From an uncultured bacterium (lineage in GTDB: Bacteria; Patescibacteriota; Minisyncoccia; UBA6257; 2-01-FULL-56-20): a stretch of 64,000 bases of DNA. The stretch covers positions 694,028 to 758,027 of the forward strand of contig OY970175.1 in NCBI GenBank assembly GCA_963707865.1. The letters run 5' to 3'. Both the position numbers and the translations under genes were made by a program. The notes under the pieces are model-generated. The model was not told the origin of the DNA and did no database searches. It saw nothing but the letters and a program-made list of their open reading frames with translations. Below are positions 20,576-28,759 of the stretch, one piece after another; positions within the stretch are counted from its first letter, which is position 1, and every line of letters starts with the position of its first letter.

Positions 20576-20758
20576 AAATCTATCCTATCATGACCATCAC
20601 CCAGGCTCTAACATCGTCCGTCCGCCAGAGCGGATATGTGATGTCAAACCAGATGGTTTTTGTTATCATTTTCGTATGAATGACGCTCGCGCATATTGGG
20701 AAGGCGCACTGAAAAAATATGGTGCTCAAGATTGGCATTTGACTTTTGACGGTCGCTC

Positions 20759-21430
20759 GTGCTACACTACAGTTTCCAAGGTAAGTTGCTCCATGCCATG
20801 CACCCTAGACAAAGGGAAATAACCTGGACAGCAGAGTTGGCCTATGCCGTTGGTCTTATTGCCACAGACGGCTGTCTTTCTCCCGACGGCCGCCACATCG
20901 ACTTCACGTCAAACGACAGAGACCTTATTGAAACATTTGAACGGTGTCTCGGAATAACTAACAGGATTGTAGAAAAACGAAGCGGTTATACACGTAAACT
21001 AAGTTCTTATCGCATTCAATTTGGCAATGTTACCCTTTACGAATGGCTGGTCAAAATAGGATTGATGCCGAACAAATCAAAACAGTTGGGAGATCTTGCT
21101 ATCCCGGACGAATTCTTCTTCCATTTTCTCCGAGGACATCTTGACGGAGATGGTTCAATTAGAAAATATCTAGATCCCACCTACCCAAAAAGCTTGCGAC
21201 TGTACACGACTTTCCGTTCCGCGTCGCTCCCACATCTGGTATGGATAAAAACAAAAATAGAGAAGCTTTTGGGTATTTCTGGATTCCTGGAAACACAGCC
21301 GAACGTTTACAGGCTCACCTTTAGCAAATATAATTCTATTACCTTACTTAATGAAATCTATCCGGCAGCGGATGTTCCGTGCCTGGGAAGAAAACTAATG
21401 ATTGCAGGTGAATTTGTTGGCATGAGATAA
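20759..21430 (+). CDS. LAGLIDADG homing endonuclease (double-motif, single-chain type)
   Basis: Two motifs: ELAYAVGLIATDGCLS and FHFLRGHLDGDGSI, about 95 aa apart. The probable start is MHPRQ at ~20798. The stop (21428-30) abuts tRNA-Leu. Confidence 0.75.
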   Translation: MLHYSFQGKLLHAMHPRQREITWTAELAYAVGLIATDGCLSPDGRHIDFTSNDRDLIETFERCLGITNRIVEKRSGYTRKLSSYRIQFGNVTLYEWLVKIGLMPNKSKQLGDLAIPDEFFFHFLRGHLDGDGSIRKYLDPTYPKSLRLYTTFRSASLPHLVWIKTKIEKLLGISGFLETQPNVYRLTFSKYNSITLLNEIYPAADVPCLGRKLMIAGEFVGMR

Positions 21431-21431
21431 T

Positions 21432-21515
21432 GCCGAGGTGATGGAAATGGCAGACATGTAGCGTTCAGGGCGCTATGGCCGCAAGGCCGTGAGGGTTCAA
21501 ATCCCTCCCTCGGCA
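21432..21515 (+). tRNA. tRNA-Leu (anticodon CAG), class II with long variable arm
   Basis: Hand-folded. Acceptor gccgagg / cctcggc (7 bp). D-arm with GG. Anticodon stem tagcg / cgcta with loop ttCAGgg. Variable arm ggcc-gcaa-ggcc. T-arm gaggg-ttcaaat-ccctc. Discriminator A. No encoded CCA. Confidence 0.85.
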
Positions 21516-21644
21516 CAAAATAAAAGCATGATGAAAAAAATTGAGGAGAAAGAACGGCCGCGAATAAAGCCGCCCGAGATACGGCCGCACACAACCACGC
21601 CCGGACAGAGGCCAGCTTTGGTTGCACTGAGGTCGCCGCACGCA

Positions 21645-23393
21645 ATGACCCATACCAAACAGGGTCGCAGTCCGGCGCCGCACCGCGAAATGATGCGGCC
21701 GAAAGAGGAACAAACCGCGGTAGTACCCAAGGAAGACACGCTCCGTTTCATACCGCTTGGCGGTCTGGAGGAGATCGGCAGGAATTGCTACTTCTTCGAG
21801 TATAAGGACGAGATCATCATTGTTGACGTAGGCATCCAATTTCCCGAAGAGGAAACGCCGGGTATTGATTATATTATTCCAAACATCGCATATCTTGAAT
21901 CCAAAAAGGATCGCATCCAAGCGATCCTCATTACCCACGGCCACTATGACCACATGGCCGCAATCCACTACCTTATAGAAAAACTGGGTAACCCCGTCAT
22001 CTACACGGCGGACTTTACAAAGGCAATGATAGAAAAACGGCACCAGGAATTCACGAATGTGCCGAAGCTGCGTTTCAAGGTGGTGAAACACGGCGACCAC
22101 GAGAAACTCGGCAGATACTTTGAGGCCGACTTCTTCAATGTTGACCACACAATCCCCGACGCGCTCGGCTTCGTATTGAAGACGCCCGTCGGCAACATGG
22201 TGAGCTTCGGCGATTTCCGGCTCCGAATGGACAAACAGGGCAAGCCGGTGGAAACGGAGATATTCGGCGAAATCGGCGCGCGCGGCATCCACACCGTCTT
22301 TATTGACAGCACGAATGCCTACAAACCGGGATTCTCATTCTCGGAAGAAACCGTAAGCGACAATCTCTACGAGCTCATGAGCCATGCGAAGGGGCGGCTC
22401 CTCATCGCCACATTCTCCTCGCTCCTCACGCGCCTTTTTGAGGTCGTGAAGCTCGCCGAAAAACTTGACCGGAAAGTTGCGCTGAATGGCAGGTCCATGA
22501 AGGACAATTTCCAAATCGCTGAGCAGCTTGGCTATCTCAAGACCAAAAAGGACGAAATCGTCCCGATTGAGGAGATCAATAAATATCCCGATAACAAAGT
22601 GGTCATCCTCACGACCGGATCCCAGGGAGAAAAGAACGCCGGACTCATGCGCATTGTGAACGGCGACCACAAGGTAGTGCGCCTCAAATCCACCGATACC
22701 GTCATTTTCTCATCGTCGGTCGTGCCGGGAAACGAGCGGAGCGTGCAGGCGCTACAAGATAACATCGCGCGGCAGGTGGACGAACTTTATAACGTAAAGA
22801 TCCTGGACATCCACGCCTCGGGTCACGCGCACCAGGAGGACCTGAAATTCGTGCTCCGGCTCATGAAACCAAAGTTCGCTGTCCCGATCCACGGATATTA
22901 CTTCTTCCGTTCGGCACTTAAAAAAATTGCGGTTGAGGTAGGCCTCCCCCGCGAAACGGTCAAGATGATGGACAACGGGCAAGTGGCGGAAATTACAAAA
23001 GACACGTTTACGATAACCAAGCAGACTGTGCCTGCGTCATATGTGATGGTGGACGGCTTGGGCGTCGGCGACGTGGAGGAAGTAGTGATCCGCGACCGGC
23101 GCGCGCTTTCTCAGGAAGGCATGGTCGTCATCATCCTCACTATTGACCAAACCAAGGGGCGGCTTCTCAAAAACCCCGATATTATCTCGCGTGGTTTCAT
23201 CTATCTCAAGGAAAACCAGGAGCTTCTGGAAGAAATTCGCAAGCGCATTCGCGCGCTCATTGTGCGCCTTCCCAGTTACCGCGAAGTGGAGCCCGATTAT
23301 CTAAAGACGCTCGTCCGCGATCAAGTCGGACAATTCCTTTATAACAAAACACGGCGCCGGCCGATGATCCTGCCCGTGATCATAGAAGTTTAG
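21645..23393 (+). CDS. rnj: Ribonuclease J (beta-CASP metallo-beta-lactamase RNase)
   Basis: ...LRFIPLGGLEEIGRNCYFFEY...ILITHGHYDHMAAI... The MBL HxHxDH motif, beta-CASP domain and C-terminal domain are present. The start could be ATG 21645 or 21690. The ORF-track start 21489 overlaps the tRNA and is rejected. Confidence 0.85.
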   Translation: MTHTKQGRSPAPHREMMRPKEEQTAVVPKEDTLRFIPLGGLEEIGRNCYFFEYKDEIIIVDVGIQFPEEETPGIDYIIPNIAYLESKKDRIQAILITHGHYDHMAAIHYLIEKLGNPVIYTADFTKAMIEKRHQEFTNVPKLRFKVVKHGDHEKLGRYFEADFFNVDHTIPDALGFVLKTPVGNMVSFGDFRLRMDKQGKPVETEIFGEIGARGIHTVFIDSTNAYKPGFSFSEETVSDNLYELMSHAKGRLLIATFSSLLTRLFEVVKLAEKLDRKVALNGRSMKDNFQIAEQLGYLKTKKDEIVPIEEINKYPDNKVVILTTGSQGEKNAGLMRIVNGDHKVVRLKSTDTVIFSSSVVPGNERSVQALQDNIARQVDELYNVKILDIHASGHAHQEDLKFVLRLMKPKFAVPIHGYYFFRSALKKIAVEVGLPRETVKMMDNGQVAEITKDTFTITKQTVPASYVMVDGLGVGDVEEVVIRDRRALSQEGMVVIILTIDQTKGRLLKNPDIISRGFIYLKENQELLEEIRKRIRALIVRLPSYREVEPDYLKTLVRDQVGQFLYNKTRRRPMILPVIIEV

Positions 23394-23407
23394 TGACCAA
23401 AAACAAA

Positions 23408-23431
23408 AGACCCGAACGCTCGGGTCTTTTG
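23408..23431 (+). terminator. Rho-independent terminator after rnj
   Basis: Hairpin agacccgaacgctcgggtct followed by tttt. Confidence 0.5.
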
Positions 23432-23680
23432 CGAATCCGAACGCAGTACTGCGATTCGGCTTACCATCCTTAGTTTTAAGGATACTCGGCATGATGTACT
23501 TGTCAAATTTTATTTAACAAAAATTTAACATCAATCTGGTAATATCGGTTCCGCGGTGGGCATGGCGCGGCGCTGGATTCGGCTTACCATCCAGAATCCA
23601 CGGGGTCCGATTCCCCGCATGTCCACCGCTCTCTGGGAACAATAATTTCACGAGCCATAAAATCATGGTATTATCAAGGC

Positions 23681-24667
23681 ATGAAACCAGTTTTAGTTTC
23701 GGGCATCAAACCAGAAGGGCATCAACATATCGGCAATTATTTAGGCGGGCTCAAAAATTTCGTTGATCTCCAGAATTCGGGTGATTACGATTGTTATTTT
23801 TTCCTTGCAGACCTTCACTCGCTCACAGAGGATTTTGAGCCGAAGAAAAAACGGGAACAGATCCTTGAGCTTACCGCAGAATATCTTGCGGTGGGGCTTG
23901 ATCAAAAACGGTCCACCCTCTTTTTGCAATCGCTCATCCCCGCGCACTCGGAACTCATGTGGCTCTTGACCACGATCACCTCTGAGGGAGAGTTGCGGCG
24001 AATGACGCAATACAAGGATAAGGTGCTCGTGAAAAAAACCGAGGCAAATACGGGACTCCTTATGTACCCCGTCCTCATGGCTGCGGACATTTTTCTTTAC
24101 GATGCCGCAGTCGTCCCCGTGGGCGAGGACCAATTACAACATCTGGAACTCGCGCGCACGCTCGCGCGGAAGTGGAACGCCCGCTTCGGCGAGACGTTCA
24201 TTGAGCCGAAAGGCCTGCTCACGAAAACGTCACGCGTGATGAGCCTGAAGGATCCCGCGAAAAAGATGTCCAAGTCGGAACCCCAGGGATGCCTTTTCCT
24301 TGACAACTCGCCCGAAGAAATAAAAGCCAAAATCACCCACGCGACGACCGACTCCGGTTCGGAAATAACCTACGACCCCGCGAAGAAGCCCGGCGTCGCG
24401 AATCTTTTGGAAATCTACGCGGCGCTCGCGCATACGGAACCGAAGATGATCGCGAAGGAATTCGCAGGTGAGAATTATTCCGCGTTCAAAAAACGGTTTG
24501 CGGAATTGGTCGCCGACCACTTCGCCGAATTCCGCGCGAAGAAAAAGGCGCTGCTAGAAAAACCCTCCGTGCTCGCGAACGTCCTAAAAGAAGGTTCTGC
24601 GTACGCCGCAAAAATCGCCGAAAAGAAAATAAAGGAGGTAAAAGAAAGGGTTGGGTTGGAAATATAG
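23681..24667 (+). CDS. trpS: Tryptophanyl-tRNA synthetase
   Basis: Class I aaRS with the HIGH-like motif EGHQHIGNYLG and KMSKS. 328 aa, TrpRS-sized. A candidate promoter is TTCACG-16-TATTAT at 23647-23674. Confidence 0.9.
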   Translation: MKPVLVSGIKPEGHQHIGNYLGGLKNFVDLQNSGDYDCYFFLADLHSLTEDFEPKKKREQILELTAEYLAVGLDQKRSTLFLQSLIPAHSELMWLLTTITSEGELRRMTQYKDKVLVKKTEANTGLLMYPVLMAADIFLYDAAVVPVGEDQLQHLELARTLARKWNARFGETFIEPKGLLTKTSRVMSLKDPAKKMSKSEPQGCLFLDNSPEEIKAKITHATTDSGSEITYDPAKKPGVANLLEIYAALAHTEPKMIAKEFAGENYSAFKKRFAELVADHFAEFRAKKKALLEKPSVLANVLKEGSAYAAKIAEKKIKEVKERVGLEI

Positions 24668-25127
24668 AACTCATAAATATAATACTTTCGTGCTCGACAT
24701 ACACATCAAGACTATCCCCCATAAAGAACATCGCTATCCGACGCTCGGAGATTATTGGCGCAACGCTGACGGGAAGCAGGAAATGCGGATATCAGAGATG
24801 GGAAATGATGATTATGCATTTATGATTGCCGTCCACGAATTGATTGAATGGTATCTCACGGGAAAGCGAGGCATCAAAGAAGAAGACATCAAGGCTTTCG
24901 ATGAAGCATTTGAGAAGGAGCGATTACGGGGTCTCCATACTGAAAAAGACGAAGCGGGCTTCGACCCCCGTGCACCATATGTGAAAGAACATAGCTTTGC
25001 CACGAATGTTGAAAAACAGCTTGCAAAAGAGCTGGGCGTGGACTGGGATAAATATGATGCGGGAATTAAAGCACTGTTCGCAAAATTTGAAGCATCAGGG
25101 GATACAAAGGCGGGGACGGAAAAATAA
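24651..25127 (+). CDS. Hypothetical protein (start uncertain)
   Basis: The ORF overlaps the trpS stop. An alternative start is MRISEMGNDD at ~24786. No recognisable domain. The local sequence is AT-richer. Confidence 0.3.
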   Translation: MGWKYRTHKYNTFVLDIHIKTIPHKEHRYPTLGDYWRNADGKQEMRISEMGNDDYAFMIAVHELIEWYLTGKRGIKEEDIKAFDEAFEKERLRGLHTEKDEAGFDPRAPYVKEHSFATNVEKQLAKELGVDWDKYDAGIKALFAKFEASGDTKAGTEK

Positions 25128-25175
25128 GTATGAAAAGCTACACATGAGAGAGGATTCGAACTTTTTCAACGACCG

Positions 25176-28100
25176 CTACACCCTCCGTATCCCGATCCAG
25201 ACCTCCTGACCATCAATTTTGGTCGCTTCCTCGGCGCTGAATTTTTCGAAATGCCCGTATTCTATTGACTTTGCACCAACGGCCACGCGAAGCACTGCTT
25301 CTTGCTTCACAACCATTCCCCTTATTGCCGCAGGGAGATCAAGCATGAGTACGATCGCGTCCTTGGGCGCAAGTCCCGCCTCTTGCCGCAGACCCTGCAC
25401 CATTCGCGCAATTTCGCGCAATAATCCCTTCTCTCGAAGCTCTGGGGTTATCACGGTGTCTAGCTTCATCAGCTCTTCAAGGGTCGCGTCAAACTCAACA
25501 CTTTGAACATTTACCTCTTCAGCGAGAAGAACAGTGGAGCCCTCTGATAGAGTCACCGAATCCGCTGTTTTGACGATAAGCGTCTGGAGGGGTTGCCGAA
25601 TCTTAATGCCGGCTTCCGCGCGCTTCGCAAGCCCCAAACTCGCGATGCGGCGCACTTCGGCCATTTCTTTAATCAATTGTTTATTCTCCTTTTTATCGGG
25701 AGAAACTTCAGGGCTCGGCCACTCGGCAAGATGAACCGACTCCTCCACTTCCTTACCGCTGCCATATGGCTTCAATATTCCATAAAGTTCTTCGGCGAGG
25801 AACGGCACGAATGGTGCGATAACCTTGCTCGTTGTAAGAAGACATTTATACAACGTTGTGGGAAAGGCAGCATCCTTCCGTTTCCGGCTGCGGCGGAGAT
25901 ACCACGTGGAAAGGTCGTCAATGTATTCCTGGATCGTCCGCGTAGCACGCACGGTGTCATATGCCGAGAGATATTCGGTCACGAACTTCACGAGCTCCGC
26001 CGTCCGCACTGCAATCCATCTATCAAGAACTTTTTCTGATTCTGATGAAGGGTGCTCCTTGGACGAAAGCATCTTCGGCTCAATATATGTCGTGAAGAAT
26101 TTCCCTACGTTCCAGAGAATAACAACTACTTTCCGATAAATATTCTCCACTGCTTTCTCAGAAAAATTCACATTATCCGCCTGCATCACGACGGAATTCA
26201 TGAGATAGAACCGCAAGCTGTCCGCGCCATATTTTTCTATCACAATGTTCGGATCGGGGTAATTGTTCTTTGATTTGCTCATCTTTGATCCGTCCTCCGC
26301 AAGAATCGTACCGGTGGTCACTACATTGTCAAACGGTGCTTTGCCGAAAAGGATCAGGGAAATCACGTGCATCACATAGAACCACGCGCGCGTCTGCGCG
26401 ATGTATTCCGCGACGAATTGCGCCGGGAAGCGGCTTTCAAAAACTTTCTTGTTCTCAAATGGGTAATGATACTCGGCGAACGGCATGGAACCCGCTTCCA
26501 CCCACGAGTCAAAGATCTCCGGCGTCCGCTTCATGGTTTTTCCACACGCACTGCACGCAAACGTTATCTCGTCAATATACGGCCGGTGCAGGTCCGCCTC
26601 GCCGCCGTCATTTCGCGGGAGGACATTTAGTTCCATCTTCCGTATTTCCGCGAAGGTGATGAAATCCTTTTTTTGCCGTTCTTTTTCCTCTGTCGCGCGT
26701 TTTTCGCTCCAACCCTCGGCAGCATGGAAAAGCATCCATGCCGGATATTCGTGTGTTATAAGGAGAATGTTTTTCCCAACGTATTTCGCCTCGCATTCCG
26801 TGAGAAATTCCCACGCGCGGGCACGCACGTCGCGTAACGACTCCCCTCCTTCGGGCCGTTTTTCAAACCGTTCCTGGTAGGTCGGGAAAAGATCAAAATA
26901 TTTCTTGTCCAAATGCCCGGTGAGCACCGGTCCAAGGTGGATCTCCTCGAGGCGCTTGTCAAACCTCACCTTTTCCCCGCCAAGCACGGAGGCGACGATC
27001 TCTTCGGTCTCCACGGTGCGCGTCACATCCGACGAGATCACGAGGTCAATTTTTTCCCCACGCTTCGCGAGCTCCGCCTTGAAGCGTTTAATGGAGTCCT
27101 CTGCCTCCTTCCGGCCGCGCGGCGTGAGGTGCAAATATTTCCGCTGACCGGAATCAATGACGTTGAACATATTACTCTCTGCTTCCCCGTGCCGCATGAC
27201 CCAATAATTGTTTTTTGAGTGGCCGGCGAGTTTTGAAAGGTCTTCCAAGCTGCCCGCGACCTCTTCGCGACCACAACCTCCGCACTTCCATACCGGAATG
27301 GGATTCCCCCAATAACGATTTCTGGAAATATTCCAATCCGGCGCCGCCTCCACGCTTTTTTCGTAACGGCCATGCTTCAAGTGTTCCGGAAACCAGTTGA
27401 TCTCGCGGTCGTTTGACTTCAATAGCTGTGGTTTTATTTTCTGGATGTTCATGAACCACGCGGGGATGGCGTTGTAGAAAAGCACGGTGCCGCAGCGCCA
27501 GCAATGCGGATACGAGTGCGTATACATCTCGCGCTTGAACAACAACCCGCGATTTTGCAAGTCCTCTTTAATGATTTTTTCAGAAGCCTTGAAGTATTTG
27601 CCCCGCACGAGTTCCGGCGCCTTCTCGTTGAATATCCCCTTTTCATCCAGAAGCGGCACAACGGGCAATCCCACGCGCATGCCGAGCTCATAATCGTCTT
27701 CACCATAAACGACCGCCGTGTGCACGATGCCGGTGCCCTCGTCCGTCGTTACAAAACCCGCATGATACACCTTATAGGACTTATCACCCTTCATCGATGC
27801 AATCTCATAAAGTGGTTCGTAGCTAACCCCGCGCAATTGACTTCCGGGAAATGTGACTCTGGGATTTTCGAGGCCGTATGCTTTTGCCCTACTGACCTCG
27901 ACAATCAAACCTTCGCCGTCTCGTTCGTAAACTCCATATTCTAGTTCGGAACTTATGGCTAGCGCGACATTGCCGGGAAGTGTCCAAGGGGTCGTTGTCC
28001 ATGCCAACAGAAACGTGTTGGGTGGCAAATTGAGTCCCTTTGTTTGACCTTCGATGACAGTCTTAAACTTCACCGTCACCGATTCCTCCGACACATCCTT

Positions 28101-28676
28101 ATAGCTATTGTCCATCGCCACCTCAAAATTTGAGATTGGGGTTTCGCAGCGCGGGCAATACAAGAGTACTTTCCGCCCTTCGTAAACGAGTTTCTTTTTA
28201 TATATTTCTTTGAATGCCCACCAGACGGATTCCATATAATTCACATCCATCGTCTTATAGGAATCGTCAAACTCCACCCAGCGCGCGATGCGTCGGATCA
28301 TTTTTTTCCATTCCGAGGCATACTCCAAAACCATGCTTCGGCAGGTCTCGTTGAATTTTTTGATGCCAATCTCTTCTATTTGTTTCTTCCCGGAAATGCC
28401 GAGTTTGCGTTCAACAATTTCTTCAATCGGCAGCCCGTGGCAATCCCATCCCCACCGCCGGCGCACGAATCGCCCGTTCATCGTCTGAAACCGCGGCACT
28501 ACGTCCTTTATCGTAGACGCCAAGAGGTGCCCGTAATGCGGGAAACCGGTCGCGAACGGAGGCCCGTCATAAAAAGTGAAAGGTTTCCCGTTTTGGGTCT
28601 TCTCCAAGCTTTTCTTAAAAATATGCCGGGAATCCCAGAATTTCAGAACCTCCTCTTCGGAAGGATTTTGCGCCAT
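25176..28676 (-). CDS. ileS: Isoleucyl-tRNA synthetase (type 2, eukaryote-like) carrying an inserted histidine-phosphatase-fold domain
   Basis: HIGH (PHYGHLL), CP1 editing domain (TTPWTLPGNVALAIS) and KMSKS are present. The zinc knuckle is split: CGGCG ... [~215-aa insert with RHGE, LTPRGRKEA, SSDVTRTVET, LITHE motifs] ... CSACGK. The whole is one continuous 1166-aa ORF. Confidence 0.9.
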   Translation of the reverse strand: MAQNPSEEEVLKFWDSRHIFKKSLEKTQNGKPFTFYDGPPFATGFPHYGHLLASTIKDVVPRFQTMNGRFVRRRWGWDCHGLPIEEIVERKLGISGKKQIEEIGIKKFNETCRSMVLEYASEWKKMIRRIARWVEFDDSYKTMDVNYMESVWWAFKEIYKKKLVYEGRKVLLYCPRCETPISNFEVAMDNSYKDVSEESVTVKFKTVIEGQTKGLNLPPNTFLLAWTTTPWTLPGNVALAISSELEYGVYERDGEGLIVEVSRAKAYGLENPRVTFPGSQLRGVSYEPLYEIASMKGDKSYKVYHAGFVTTDEGTGIVHTAVVYGEDDYELGMRVGLPVVPLLDEKGIFNEKAPELVRGKYFKASEKIIKEDLQNRGLLFKREMYTHSYPHCWRCGTVLFYNAIPAWFMNIQKIKPQLLKSNDREINWFPEHLKHGRYEKSVEAAPDWNISRNRYWGNPIPVWKCGGCGREEVAGSLEDLSKLAGHSKNNYWVMRHGEAESNMFNVIDSGQRKYLHLTPRGRKEAEDSIKRFKAELAKRGEKIDLVISSDVTRTVETEEIVASVLGGEKVRFDKRLEEIHLGPVLTGHLDKKYFDLFPTYQERFEKRPEGGESLRDVRARAWEFLTECEAKYVGKNILLITHEYPAWMLFHAAEGWSEKRATEEKERQKKDFITFAEIRKMELNVLPRNDGGEADLHRPYIDEITFACSACGKTMKRTPEIFDSWVEAGSMPFAEYHYPFENKKVFESRFPAQFVAEYIAQTRAWFYVMHVISLILFGKAPFDNVVTTGTILAEDGSKMSKSKNNYPDPNIVIEKYGADSLRFYLMNSVVMQADNVNFSEKAVENIYRKVVVILWNVGKFFTTYIEPKMLSSKEHPSSESEKVLDRWIAVRTAELVKFVTEYLSAYDTVRATRTIQEYIDDLSTWYLRRSRKRKDAAFPTTLYKCLLTTSKVIAPFVPFLAEELYGILKPYGSGKEVEESVHLAEWPSPEVSPDKKENKQLIKEMAEVRRIASLGLAKRAEAGIKIRQPLQTLIVKTADSVTLSEGSTVLLAEEVNVQSVEFDATLEELMKLDTVITPELREKGLLREIARMVQGLRQEAGLAPKDAIVLMLDLPAAIRGMVVKQEAVLRVAVGAKSIEYGHFEKFSAEEATKIDGQEVWIGIRRV

Positions 28677-28759
28677 TATCCTCTTAAAATACCAGATTTT
28701 ACGAGGATTTCAAAGGATCCGGCCGTATCGCGACTGCACCACGCGGGTTAGCCGCACTA

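Noticed and set aside
21489-21644. ORF-track 5' extension of rnj starting inside tRNA-Leu
   Set aside because: It overlaps the tRNA. RNase J homology begins near ATG 21645/21690.
23433-23680. T-box riboswitch upstream of trpS
   Set aside because: I could not find the AGGGUGGNACCGCG T-box consensus or a specifier-loop context on either strand. I kept it only as an unclassified structured region.
25128-25175. tRNA-like ggattcgaac motif between the hypothetical gene and the ileS stop
   Set aside because: There are no complementary acceptor or T-stem partners. It does not fold into a tRNA.
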